From: Lama glama
Taxonomy: Eukaryota
Direction of reading: 5' to 3'
Length of the DNA: 64,000 bases
Assembly (NCBI GenBank): GCA_028534125.1
Contig: CM052818.1
Coordinates: forward strand, 1,986,001 to 2,050,000
The notes under the pieces were generated by a model. The model searched no databases. It saw only the letters and a program-made list of their open reading frames with translations, and was not told the DNA's origin. The position numbers were made by a program, and so were the translations under genes. Shown in pieces: positions 1 through 12,140 of this stretch. Positions within the stretch are counted from its first letter, which is position 1. Each line of letters begins with the position of its first letter.

Positions 1-1939
1 AATGTCACTTCCTTAAGGATCAGCTGATTTAAATGAGACCCCTTTATCCATGCCATTAGCATTTTCACACTTAACTATAACCATATACATGTTGGCTCTT
101 GTCTGATATCTTTCTGTCTGGAGGCTGGACTCCCCGGGTGAGTACAGGGGCCACATTTGCTTTACTCATCACTCTATACACCGTATCCACAGCACAGGGC
201 CGGGCACCTACAAGGGGGCTCCTGAATGACTGTGGACCAGCTGAATGAACCAGTGCCTGGGTACCACATCTTCCAGGATGTGGTCTCTGTGGCCCTCTCT
301 GGCCACAGTGGGGCCCCTGGTCTTCCCTGTTCTCGGTGAACAACTGAGTGGGGGTTATTTTCGTGCCTCCGTGCCGCTTGCACTGGTGTATGGCCTCCTC
401 CAGCCCTGAGCCTGGCCTCTCGCCTCTGCAGCTTCAGCACGCACAGGCCCGGGCAGCTCAATAAACGAAGGTTGAACTGTTGAACTGAACCAGTTCCTTC
501 TCTCCAGCCTCCTCTCTGGCCTCCGCTCTCGACTGATTCATGTGAGGGGCCACCAGGAGCAGCGCTTCAAACAGAGAGGAAACAAACGAAGAGGCTGGGA
601 AATCGGCGGTAGGAGACAGGCGGAGACATCCATCTCCTCCTGCCCTCCGTCCTCACTGCCATCCCCCTGAGGCTCTCAGGCAGTCAAAAGTTCAGGCTCC
701 ACGTTTTCTGGAAGAGGGAGGGAAATCTGTGTGTGGGGGATAAAAAAAGTCCCCAAACTCAAATCACGCACACAGAACAACAAGCCATAAAACAGAACAC
801 CATTGGGAGAGGATGGGGTCACATGGTGGGAATCTGGATTGCAAGGGGGGGTGGGGGCGGCACTTGAGAAAACGCAGCCTGCTCAATGGGAACCAGATGG
901 GCTGCGTGTTCTTAAATAGAATCCCAGACTTGCAGCGCTGGCGGGAGCCGGCCGGGGGGCTCTCCCCTTGGCCCCTTCGTGGGCAGAGGGTGACACGGAG
1001 GCAGAGCGAGAGAGTGGCGGGCCCTAAGGCTATGACAGAAAGGCACCTAGACCCAGGCTCCTGGCTCGGGGTCAGGGCTGCACTCACCCTGCCACGCTGT
1101 CTCCCAGCCTTTTGCCAGGATCTCCAAATTAGAAGCATGAGAAGCAGTACTGTCATTTCCCCGTTTTCTGTTCTTTCTTCTAATTCTTTCTCTTCACAGT
1201 ATAATTTTAGAGGTGCCAGGAAGTCCTCCTTGTTCCAATATCCCGGTGCCCACCCCCACCCCATCAACAGAGAACGCGACAAGTCTGTGATGGACACAGT
1301 GCTGGGAGCTCCACAGCTCTCTGCTCATGAAATCACCCCAGCGCCTGCGAGCCCAGGGAGGTGCTGGGCTCTCAGTTCAGTGTCCTGCAGGGTGGGAGGG
1401 AGGATGGGGTCAGATATCGCCATTTTGCCTTTTATTGATCACTTAAGATCGAGTATCTTAACCAGAGATCTTTATAGCATCGAAAGCATAAAATAAAACC
1501 ACCCTTGCAGAAACCACTGGGTGGACAGAAAAGTGGCTGTGCCTTCCCTTTTCTCCCTGGTCTCTCCTCCCAGGACAAAGGCATCACTGGTCTCTTTCCC
1601 GGGTCCCCTGAGAGACAGATTCCAGCAGTACCTTCTGCTGGCTGCTGCACGTGGCCCTGTAGACCGTGCACTGAACAGCTCCAGGGGCACCATTCAGCGG
1701 TGTGAATGATGGCCCTGGGCTCCCTGCTAAGCTGTCCTGATGCCCACCCAGGCAGGAGCGGGGACCTCAGGCCTCCTCTGGGCATGGTGAGAAATCCCTG
1801 CTTGTCTGGGAACTCAGAGGGCTCCGTGTCTCCCACTAGTGTCTTCCACTTACTTTTGAGATCTGTCCCCTCTAGGTTGCCCTGGGGCTGGAAATCCTTC
1901 CTCTCTCATCCGTCCAGCGGTGAGAGGGTCTCTAACAAC

Positions 1940-2545
1940 CAGTCAGTCATCCAGCCAGTAGTGGCCAGCACCTTGCAGTATGTACCTGAATTGTAGGTGA
2001 ACGAGGTACAGAGTCACAGGGCGGGCATCCTGATGGAGGACGAGCCAGAGCAGGGAGGCCAGGAGGGGGAAGGACTGGTGTGCACGGCGGCTGATGTGGC
2101 CCTGGCGCAGGGAGGGATCAGTAGGGCGGCAGGCGAGTCATGAGCTGTGAGTTTGGAGCAGGGGCCGACCTGGGGAGGGTCTGGAAGGCCATGGCCAGGA
2201 GTCTGGATGTTATTCAAAGAATGGTGGGGATACCTTAGAAAGGCTTTAAGCAGGGAAGTGGCACGACTGACATTTTTGCAATATCGCTCTGGCTGGAGTG
2301 GATTAGAGGGAACAGACGTGGAGCAGAGCATTAAGAGGAGACTTTTTCAGGGGTCCAGGTGAGGGAAGAAGGTGGCCTGGACAAGGCATTGTCAGTTAGA
2401 GTGAGAGAAGTGGATGGATTTGAGTGTACACTGGAGAAAGACTTGCCCGGTCTTCCTGCAGGGTTGGATGTGGGGGTGAGGGGCGGGGAGTACCCTCAGT
2501 TTGGATAAGCCGGGTAGCTGGTGGGGCTGTTCACTGGAGCGGGAA
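1940..2545 (-). mobile_element. LINE2 (L2) fragment
   Basis: Typical antisense L2 phrases: gaaggctttaagcagggaagtggcacgactgacatttt, gtccaggtgagggaagaaggtggcctggac, gagaagtggatggatttgag. Boundaries approximate. Confidence 0.7.
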
Positions 2546-3167
2546 GGTCGACCTTCTTCCCGAACTCCCGCCCCTGACTGCCTCAACCCGTGACTCCAGC
2601 AAGGGAGTAACATGTGCTGTGGCCTCTCTCTGCTCCCTTCCTTGCAAAACAGATGGCGGGAGAAGGAAAGAGGCCAAGCCTCCGCGGCTGTGACTGTACT
2701 TTCCACTTTTAGCTCAGCAGTTGGGAGCCCGTGGCCTTGCCATTCCTTGCCTCCCACTCCTGGTTCTCCTAGCTCTGCTCTAAATCAAGTTAGCCTCAGA
2801 ATTATTTACTGAGCACCTGCTGTGGCTCAGCCACATGAAGGCATTGTGGGCTACACAGGAGAAGGAGCCCATGGGCCCAGCCGTTATGGTAGGGGAAGAG
2901 CCAGAGGCACAGGCAGTGAAGGGCCCGGGCAGCCAGGGAGGCCTTCCTGGAGGAGGCAGGTGTTTGGCTTGGCATGAAGGATGGGTATGAGCTCGGTGGT
3001 AGAGAGACCAGGAGGGGAATCCCCATGAAATTACTTTCACAGGAGAGCAAAAGAGTCCTGGAAAGCTGTAGACACTCATTTGAGGTCAGACAGTAGGAAT
3101 TAGACGCAGAGTCAGAAGTTTGGTTGAGCCCCTGAGGCAGGAAAAGGCAGGGCCAGCTCCATGGCTG

Positions 3168-3221
3168 TAACACACACGCACACCCGCACCCACTCACATG
3201 CACACGCACGCGCACACGCAC
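3168..3221. repeat. Imperfect (CA/CG)n alternating purine-pyrimidine tract
   Basis: cacacacgcacacccgcacccactcacatgcacacgcacgcgcacacgcac read directly. Confidence 0.8.
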
Positions 3222-3451
3222 TTCCAGGAGGCCGTCCCAATCTCTAACCCCAGCCGCAAGTCTCCCTCTTCCTTGATGAGGTGGGGAGAAGGAAGCAGGC
3301 TGGGAAGTCATTTGCCCACTCCCCTGCCTTACCATCTCAGACTGCCCCCAGAGAGCCAGCTAAGAGGTCTTTGAAGATGGCCATGTGCTGACCTTCTGTT
3401 CTAAACCTGCCCCGCAAAGCAGGTCAACGTGTCCATGCCTCTAGAAAGCTC

Positions 3452-3622
3452 CAGCGGGTCTCCAGGTGTGGACCCCAGATCAGCAGCATTAGAAATGAAT
3501 GTTCTCAGGCCCCATCCTAGACCCACTGAATCGGGAACTCTGAGGGTGGGGCCTCAGAATTTGTGTTTCCACAAGTCCCGCAAGGGGAATCAGGGTGTAT
3601 GTTCAAGTTTAAGAACCTCAGC
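3452..3622. mobile_element. MER5A-like hAT-Charlie non-autonomous DNA transposon
   Basis: cagcagcattagaaatg...ctcaggccccatcctagacccactgaatcgggaactctgagggtggggcc...caagtttaagaacc resembles the recalled MER5A consensus. Confidence 0.8.
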
Positions 3623-4594
3623 TGTCTTGGGACAAAACTTCCCCAGAAAGGGGAGATGTCTCTCTTCTGCTGTTGCCCCTGAGAGGAAGCTCCCACGCGG
3701 CCCCTCCAGGCTCTAACCCTGCTCCTCCCAAGAAGTCGTTTCCGCCCATATGGACTCTCTAGCTCTTCAAGTTTATTGCCCGCTCCCACTCCACCCGGGG
3801 CTGTGGGAGTGAAGGCCAGGTGGCCGCATCTGCCGCCTTCTCACCCTCCCAGCCCACCCCCACCCCAGCCTGTCCTGCCACATCCACGCAGTGTCCGCAG
3901 GGAAGCCCACGTTATCCACGGAGAACGTTCCAGGCAGCAGGAGAAATGGCTTGGCTTGTGAAAAGGGGAGGGGGCACCAATGCCCCATCCCAGCTCAATT
4001 TACCTGGCTCCCACTTCTTCCCCCAAACTCCCTGCCTTGCCACGGGCATGGTGCTTGGCTCCTGTAGGTTAGAGCTGAAAGACTGGTGTTCTTTGCAGAC
4101 AAAATCCATTGCCTACTGGCTGCCTCCTGGGATGGGACAGCTTCATTGCCCCTGGGGAGCTGATACAAGACAATGTAACATCCAACCGGGGGCCCCTGTT
4201 TTCTTTAAAACTACAAGCAGGAACCACGCACCAAACACATACTCCTTCACCAAGCTCTTGGCCGAGCCCTGTGGGAGGCACTGAGTGGGGTGGGGGTGGC
4301 TTCCTGTCAGTTAGGCCCCTCCTGTCCTGCGAGCATTTGGCCAAATATCAAATCTTTTCATGTCAATTTTTTCATTGCTTTTGATCATTTTTTAAAATTT
4401 AAGTCTCCAGTGAGGAAATATGGATTCTCCTTTCTTGAAATTCTGTTTGCTTAAACTGTAGACACTGGATGGGGGTAGAGGGGTTTGGTGCTATACCAGG
4501 CAGGGTCAGCGAGGAGGGGGCACCAGCCGAGCAGGCAGAGAAGGCTGTGTGTGTGAGAGCATGCGTGTGTCCAACTGGTCTCTGTTGGCAGAAC

Positions 4595-4790
4595 AGAGAA
4601 CCAGGGGTTCTAGACCAAGCTCCACCACCCGTAGCCTGAGTGGCTCTGAGAGTGTCAGCTTCCTTGGGCCTCGGTTTACTCAACTGACAAATGGGAACAA
4701 TACTATCTCTGTCTCTCTCTCAGGACCATCCTGGTATCCAAATGAGCTAGTTGTCTAAAATAGCCTTGAAAATATTGATGGTTACATAAA
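4595..4790 (+). mobile_element. MIR SINE fragment
   Basis: Core-like gggcctcggtttactcaactgacaaatgggaacaata. Confidence 0.6.
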
Positions 4791-7774
4791 GCAAGACAAT
4801 GTGTTCACAACAAGGTCATTGCCTCTTCCTTGCAGGCGAAGACCGCGGCTCTCCCATGTCTCGTATTCCCCAGGGCACCTGGTACCACCCATGGCAGGTG
4901 GTCAATCAGCACTTGTTGAACAGATGAAATAGAAGACACGGTCCCTGTCTCCACGGAATTGGAGATCTAGCAGGCAGACGGTGGCAGGGGTGAGAAACAC
5001 ACAATGGAAGAAACTTAAGAAGAGTAGAGAGGCCCTTGTGAGCTCAGACACCTCTAATTTGGAATTTGTGATGCTTTTGCAAGGCAGAGAGGAATTGGAC
5101 CCTGCTGATTGGAACATGTGCTGAGCAAACTCCTAGTGGGAGCGAGGCAATAATAACCGAACCTCCCGGCCTCCGAGCGCGGCTTGTGTTCCAGATGGCA
5201 GAGGGGGTGCCGTGCCCTTTGGCAACCCCCGGTTGCAAGGGAGCAGTTAGCATGCCAATCACAAGTGAACTCTGACCTCACCTCTGAAGCGGCCAACACC
5301 TTTCCTTGACCAGGCTTTGTTAATGGCCGTTCTGGGTGACCTCATGTATTCAAGGAACATAAAATTTTATTTTGTTAAGACTAGACCGTTACTGGCCTCC
5401 CTCCACCTCCTCCCAGGCATCTCAGATCCATTCACAGTTTTCAAATAGATCTGGTGACAAGGAGCCTGCAACCAGCTCTATCTTATCTTCCCTGGAGGAG
5501 GGGACGTGGGAGAGAGCTCTTGTCTGCTGGGGATCTGAGCCAGCCACTGGCCCTTTCTGGGCCACAGTTGCCCCAGTAAAATGAGGAGTTGGGCCAAATG
5601 AACCTCAAGGTAGGGGCCTGCCACACCGGACTCACCTGGTTCCCGACTGAGGAATGCCCAGCCCTGGAGCAGTGCAAGAACCTGGCAGCCCCTCTGCTGG
5701 CTGAAGCCTCCTCCTGCCGGGTGCTCTGGCCGGGAGGAGACGTGGGCTCCTCAGGCTGGAGGCAGAGGTGGCCCAGGTTGTTTTGTCCATCCTTCCTGGC
5801 CCCAGTGCTTGGGCCAGGCTCCCAGTGAGACTGACCTCAGGCAGAAGGAGTGTCCAGTTAAGCCCTGCCAGCTGGGCTGCGAGGGAGCAGAGGCAAACAT
5901 GTGAACATGGGTGTGGCCACTGGAAGGTGAGAGGGGGTGGAAGGCAGCATGGAGCGCCAGTAAAGGGACAGGGTGTGAAGGCTTTTAGCTCCGGGGAGAG
6001 GGGCTCAGTCTCCACTGGTAAGAGGGAGTCACTGCAGGCTGCAAGCAAGTGGACAGGGGTGGGGGCTGTGATCTAGGTCCTGCGCACTGGTCTGCAGCCA
6101 CTCCAGTGGGTCAGGCTGGAGGCTGCAGTCTCTGGGTGGGGACCTGGGGGACTGGCTGCAGAGATTCAGTCCTAAGGGCTACAGGGCACACAGTGGACGA
6201 CCAAGGCTAGAAATCCTTCTAAAGGTCAGAATTGCTAACCAAGGGACAGCGAGAGGGGCCCTGGAGAAACCCCTATGCCCAGGAATATCTCAGATAACTG
6301 AGATGCCCGAGTTCCCACAAGGCGTCCACAGTTTGTTTCCTCATTGGACCCTCACACAACCTGCAACACCGGTGTCATTCTCATCTCGTGAAGGAGGAGA
6401 CCCAAACCAGAAAAACTAACAACTTAACTGGACATCACTCACTGGGAAGGGTCTGAGGCAGATTTTGGATCCCTGATCCCAGAGGGCTGGCTCTACCCAT
6501 CACCCACGCCCCCACCCCTACCATGCCTGGAACGGCCCCCTCCTCCAGGCCCAGAGCTGGCATGGGGAGGGGGCTCCCAGGGAGGGCGTGGGCACACACT
6601 GGGCAGAGGGCCTGGTCCCACACCCCAGCCCTGGCCGGCAGCTGGGCGTTATCGCTGGTGAGAGTGGGGCTGGTCCTGGCAGACACCATCCTGGAGTTTC
6701 TGGGCCTGAGTGGCAGAGGACGGCCAGGTGACATCCTGCAGTGAACACACCCTGTGCATCCTGCCCTTCGTGTCCCTTCTTCAGACTCTTCCTTCTGCCA
6801 GTTCTGCCATTTTCTGGCTGGGCTTCTGCCCACGTCGCACGCAGCTGCACACCTCCGTCTCCGCGTCAACAAAGCGGGGCTGGTGACAGTCTAGCGCGGT
6901 CGTCAGCGACGAAATGATCCAGCATTTGCTGAAGCGCCTCCCACAAGTGTTCGGCGACCTTCCGGGAGCGTTATCTGCCGGTTTCTCCCCGTTTCTCCGG
7001 TCCACCTGTTACACATTCCACTCATCTTTTAAAGCCCAGTGTAAATGCCTCTCATCCCCCTTGGCAGAACCTGTTTCCCTGATTTCTGTCCCGCTAGAAG
7101 CCTGGTAACAGCTTTACTGCGTGATTTATCGTGGTCTGGCTGTAATCAGTGGAGGATACGACCGTCCTTTCAGCCAGCCAGCCCTGGAGGGCAGGGGCTG
7201 TGTTCACCTCATTCATTTGCTCCCCCCTGGCTCGGGAGGGGACACGTGCAGTCCCCAGACACGTGCCCTCCGGCCATGCCCAGCCTGGCTCCCTCCTTCT
7301 CTCAAAGGAGAGGCTTCTAGTCTCCAGGCTCCACTTCCTCAAGGCCTCGTCACCCCCAGCCCCCGCCACCTGCTTCTGGCCTCTCGGGCCACCTGTGGCC
7401 CCATTCGCTATGCTTCATTTTGCTGACTCTTCCTGTGCCTGGTCAGGCAGACCACTCCCTTTCCCTAGAAGTAAATTTCTCCTTTTGTTTGTGTCACTGT
7501 TTTCTCAGGGTTTTCCCTTGCTCCGGCCACCCTTTTTCTCTATTTTTCGTAACGAAGAGGGATATTCATAACACTTCGAGGTGATCCCAACTCGAGACAG
7601 TTCTGAGAACGGTCCCCCTACACGAACCTTCCGCGTGGCTTTTCCTTCTACCATGCCTGCATCTATTTCTGCTTTGCTGATGTCAGATTGACAGATCTAG
7701 ATGGCCTGACAGCAAATACAATCATCCGGAGCCACTGACATGGAGTTAAAGACAAAACCAATGTGTGTTTATGC

Positions 7775-8155
7775 CTGTAGAATGGCAAAGATGGCAGTGT
7801 GTTCACCAGACCTCACTTCCTCTGCCTCCCGAACCAGGCATTTCCCACCTGCCTCGCAGGGACCAAATTCTGGCCAAAAGGATATGAGCAGAAGTGATGG
7901 AGGGCACTCCCGACCTGGCCCTGAGAACCTCCCTAAGGATTTTCCATCCTGGCTGGATACGAACAGCCCAGCAAAGAACTCTGGAATCATGGAGCTGGCA
8001 GATTCCAAGTCCCTGAATCACAGTAGGAGGGGAGTCAGCCACTCAGCAATGCTCAAATTGGATTGCTATAGTAGAGAGAAACAAACACTAATTCCTGTTA
8101 AGCCATTTCAACTTGGGGGTGGTATATTGCCGCAGTTACCCTACCATGATCACTA
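7775..8155 (+). mobile_element. Old MaLR/ERVL-type LTR (MLT1-like)
   Basis: ttctggccaaaaggatatgagcagaagtgatg, gtccctgaatcac and the ending gagagaaacaaac...ctgttaagcca...ttggggg are typical of old MLT1-class LTRs. Confidence 0.6.
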
Positions 8156-9335
8156 CAACCCCAAGAATACTTATGCAGCTTACAGAGCTAGATGTATCAA
8201 GAATATAAATGTAAATAGTTAAGGAAGTCAAGACAGGGGCAAAACAGATTAGGGAAGTGAGATGAAGCCAAGCATCAAAAGAAGTTGACAGGTCTTGCAA
8301 ATCTTACAGAGAAAGAACAATATTCTAAGAGAAAAAAGGAGACAACGGCTCTGAGCAGGTAGCTTCCAAGTGAGTTAATTCCAAGGCCCATGAATATAGG
8401 AAAAGACGTTCCTGAGCACTTAGGGAAACGCAGCTTAGAGGAAGAATGAGACACCGCTCTTCATTCAAGGAAATCCCAAACTCCTCATCTGGGCGAAAAC
8501 TACACATTGTGATGAGACCCAGAGTTGGGGAGGAGAGGGAGAAATAGGAACTCTGGGTCTCTGGATGGGAGTGTTAATAGCTACAACCTCCTTGAATAAT
8601 AATATCACAATATCTAGTAAAGTCGAAGATGAGCTCCCAGCTATTCTGTGGGAACTCCCACGCATGTGCACAGCTGATACAGAAAGGATGCTGGTTTGAC
8701 TCTGAGCTTCCTACCAGCCAAAGCAAAGAGGGGCAGGTGTTTACTTACAAGATTCTCAATGCCCGTATAATAATATAAAGCTCTGGCTTTTTGGCCATGA
8801 GGTCAGAGGACATTTCTCCCGTAGATTGCTCCTGGGAAACATGTGTACTTTAATAGACAAGATCTTAGCATTCCCGTAATAAATAGTAAATTGCATACAA
8901 CTTGCTCAGTTTCAAAGCACCTATACAGTTATATGAAACTTACTATTGATTATAAGGGTGACATGCATGCCGAGGGCCAAAAGGCAATTCAGTAATGGTA
9001 ATTATAGGACAGTTCAAAGCCATGTGGTCCAAGCGTGAGCTCTCCGGTGGCTTAGGAGAGCCTGGTTTCATTCAGGAATAAGATTTTTAACATCACCAGG
9101 AACCCTCCCTACCCAACCCGCCCCCCAACCCCCAAGATGACGATCTCTCCCAACCAAGCTTTTGAATAGAGCTGAATAGCAGAGAGTTCAGGAAACAATT
9201 TTAGGCAAGCGACCGGACTGAAAATCCCCTCTGCTGTCGATTGAAGACGTGACCACGAGCTTTGCTGATGACAGAGGCAAGGAAGTTGCTCGCTTTTCAT
9301 GAAGATTAAGGAGTCCTCACTGGAAATAGCGTCTA

Positions 9336-9436
9336 ATTATTTGGGGAGGGCCAATTAGGTTCATTTATTTATTTAATGGAGGTACTGGGGATTGAACCCA
9401 GGACCTCATGCATGCTAAGCACTCACTCTACCACTC
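9336..9436 (-). mobile_element. Camelid tRNA-derived SINE (Vic-1-like), 5'-truncated
   Basis: ggaggtactggggattgaacccaggacctcatgcatgctaagcactcactctaccact (B-box antisense). 14-bp TSD ggaaatagcgtcta (9322-9335) / ggaaacagtgtcta (9437-9450). Confidence 0.85.
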
Positions 9437-10384
9437 GGAAACAGTGTCTAGATAGAGAGACCCTAAATCCAGAGGTGTGTGGAGGGTACAGAGGTAAAAA
9501 GGGAAAATTGCTGTCAAGAAATCACATAAACACAAGCTATGGCTGGTTTCTAATTTTTAAAAATGTGATAAGTGCTTCCTGGTAGCCTAATGGAAAAGGG
9601 ACAAAGGCCACATGGACTTCTTACTCACCTGGCTTCTCTGTGGGAGTCCACTGACTTTTGTTCTGAAAGGACCAGATTAACGTCCAAGTGCCCATTTTGG
9701 TGGGTCAAGAGCAGAGCTGGGAGCCCCTGGAGCAGTGAGTACTCGTCCCTCAGCCCGATCTCTCTGGTGGGCAGGACAAAAGTTGCACATTTGGACCAAA
9801 TGCTTGGTTCAGAGCAAGGAGGGGCCTAGAAATCAGTCCTCCTTTCTTCTGTTTCAGAAACAGATTCTCTTTGTCAGATGGTTTCTCCTGGGATTCCCAG
9901 CATAGGAGGGAGGTCGTACAGGTTCTCAGGGCACTCCTGAGCTTACAAAAACCACACAATTGGCCCCAAAGTGGCTCCTGCCTAGGAGTCAAAGGCCAGG
10001 ATGGTGGGACCCATACTGGGAAGAGGATGTGTGGTTTTCAGCTGTCGCCTGTGACAGGCGTCAGTGACGGGGTCATTGTCATCCTAGATTTGAAAATTAC
10101 TGAAGAGGAAGCCTCAACCTCTTGCCAAGCTTGAAAGCAGCGGGCTGGAAGGTGTGATATTTACAGCAGCGGAGTTGCCCCTTTGGTGGGGATCTGAGAC
10201 CCTGCTTTGGGTTCAGCCTGTGGGTACCTACCCAGGAAACGGAAGAGACAGTTTGCAGGAATTTGGGCCCATGGCTCAGGGCAAAAGTTGAAGAGCTCTG
10301 GGAGCAAAGAGGCCCTTCAGTTCCTCTCCTCAAGCTCTAGGAAGCGATCTTTAATCAGTGACATCACTGGGTGAAAAGCATGAT

Positions 10385-10855
10385 TTGGGGCTCCACCCAG
10401 ATGCCCTTTGCTCGTTCTTTGTGCCCGTCCCCCAGCTCTTGTGAGCTTCACTCCTAAGAGTTTCCACCTTTAAAAGCTACTCTTGGGTCACTGGAGCCAC
10501 TTCCCCCAGACTCCTGGAGATCTGGAAATGCGGGGGGTTTCTGTCTCCCTGGGGCAACTGAAGCTACTGCCTAATTGGTGGAGGAATATGGCAGCCTGGT
10601 TGCCTTGTCTCCATGGGGAGAAACTCTGTAGTGTGATTTATGCTCCAGCGCTCCCTGCTGGATCAGGCCGAGGCTAGGACTTCACCTGAAATCACACCAT
10701 TACTGAACTTCTCCCTGTCCCTGTCCTGCCTCCACCCCCACCCCCCCCACCCCCAGCCCCCTTCCTTCACTGGTTTCTCCTGGGACCATTTCCTGGAGGC
10801 CTTGATGAACCCCTTGCACAAGAACCCCCATCTCAGGTTGTGCCCCGGGGAGACA
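10385..10855 (+). mobile_element. LTR16-like ERVL solo LTR
   Basis: gtgtgatttatgctccag...ggatcaggccgaggctaggacttcacctgaaatcacacc...ggtttctcctgggaccatttcc...cttgcacaagaacccccatctcagg resembles LTR16. Confidence 0.7.
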
Positions 10856-11984
10856 GCAGGTCTGTAAAGGGGGCTTTCCGGGGCCTGATGCAGAACGGAG
10901 GAGGAGACGTGGGCTTACACTGACTCTTCGCCCCAACACCTCATTCCTCTCACTCTGCCTGGGGCAAGAGCAGCAGGATCCTGGGGTCTTGATTCATTGT
11001 CAGCCCTTCAGCATGCAGCCAGGGACCTCCTTCGAGACCTGTGACAACCGCTGGGTGTCAGGGCTTTTGAGAGATGAGTTGCTCATGGAGCAACTGAGAT
11101 GCAATGCATTCTGGCTGCTGGGTTTCCTCCTCTGTGCTCCTCTGGGGCTGCCCTGGTAGGCTTGCCAGGGGACTTCTGGCTTCCCAGAGAACCTCGTAAA
11201 ATAAGAATTTTATAACCAGAGTCTCTGCTGCCCAGATCAGGGAAGTCAGACAGACATCATGCAGTCCCCATTGGTGCTGTGTGGCCACAGGGAAAGCACA
11301 GCTGGAGAGGCGTGGTGGTGACAATGCATCCATCCCTCAGACTGCAGGGTGGTCCCAATCTCCCCCTAATGTCTTCGCCATCACCTGACTGGACCTGTCC
11401 AGGTCACCCAGATTTGGTCCAAGGAGGCTGCCTATGTGCAGAGGGAGGTGGAGCGTAGACAGGCTCCCTTTTGGAACGCTCTAGAACGCCCACGTCACAG
11501 ATATGGAAGTTGTTGCATCATCAAAGACACCAGCCCTTTGGCTGAACTGTGAGCGCATTTCCCATCAAAGTATGCCATGGGCGGTGTTGAGCAATAATGT
11601 GTCAGTTGGATCAGTTGGCCCCCTTCAGTCATGCTGACTTTCCCAGAGGTGTGGCCCGTGGGGAAGCAGTCTTCCAAGGCAGCTTGCCTGCAGATGGGAC
11701 CCAGCCCGGGCCTTTTTGAGAAAGGCATCAGCATTCCTGGTATCCAGGTCGCTTCCAATTAGCACGGCAATTGGGGGTGTGCTGGAGGGCAGCTGGGACC
11801 CTGTGCTGGAGGAGCCTCCCCTGAGTCGCAAGGCAGAGGCTGAAACTGGTCCCGTCGGGTTCAGCCGGGTGCCTGACATTCTCCGGGGGCAGGCCATTTT
11901 GTCAGCCAGAGGCTGGCAGAAGCCAAAAATTCAGGGTTCCTTTCTTTCTTTTTTTGTTTTAAGTCAAGCTAATTAATTTTGTGT

Positions 11985-12090
11985 TTTATTTATTTATTTA
12001 TTTATTTCTCTCTTTTTTAACTTGAAGTATAGTCAATGTACACTGTTGTGTTAATTTCTGGTGTACAGCATAATGATTCAGTTATACATA

Positions 12091-12140
<50 letters not shown>

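Noticed and set aside
813..1496. Longest ORF (227 aa)
   Set aside because: No recognisable domain and overlapped by a 177-aa antisense ORF; expected by chance in GC-rich DNA.
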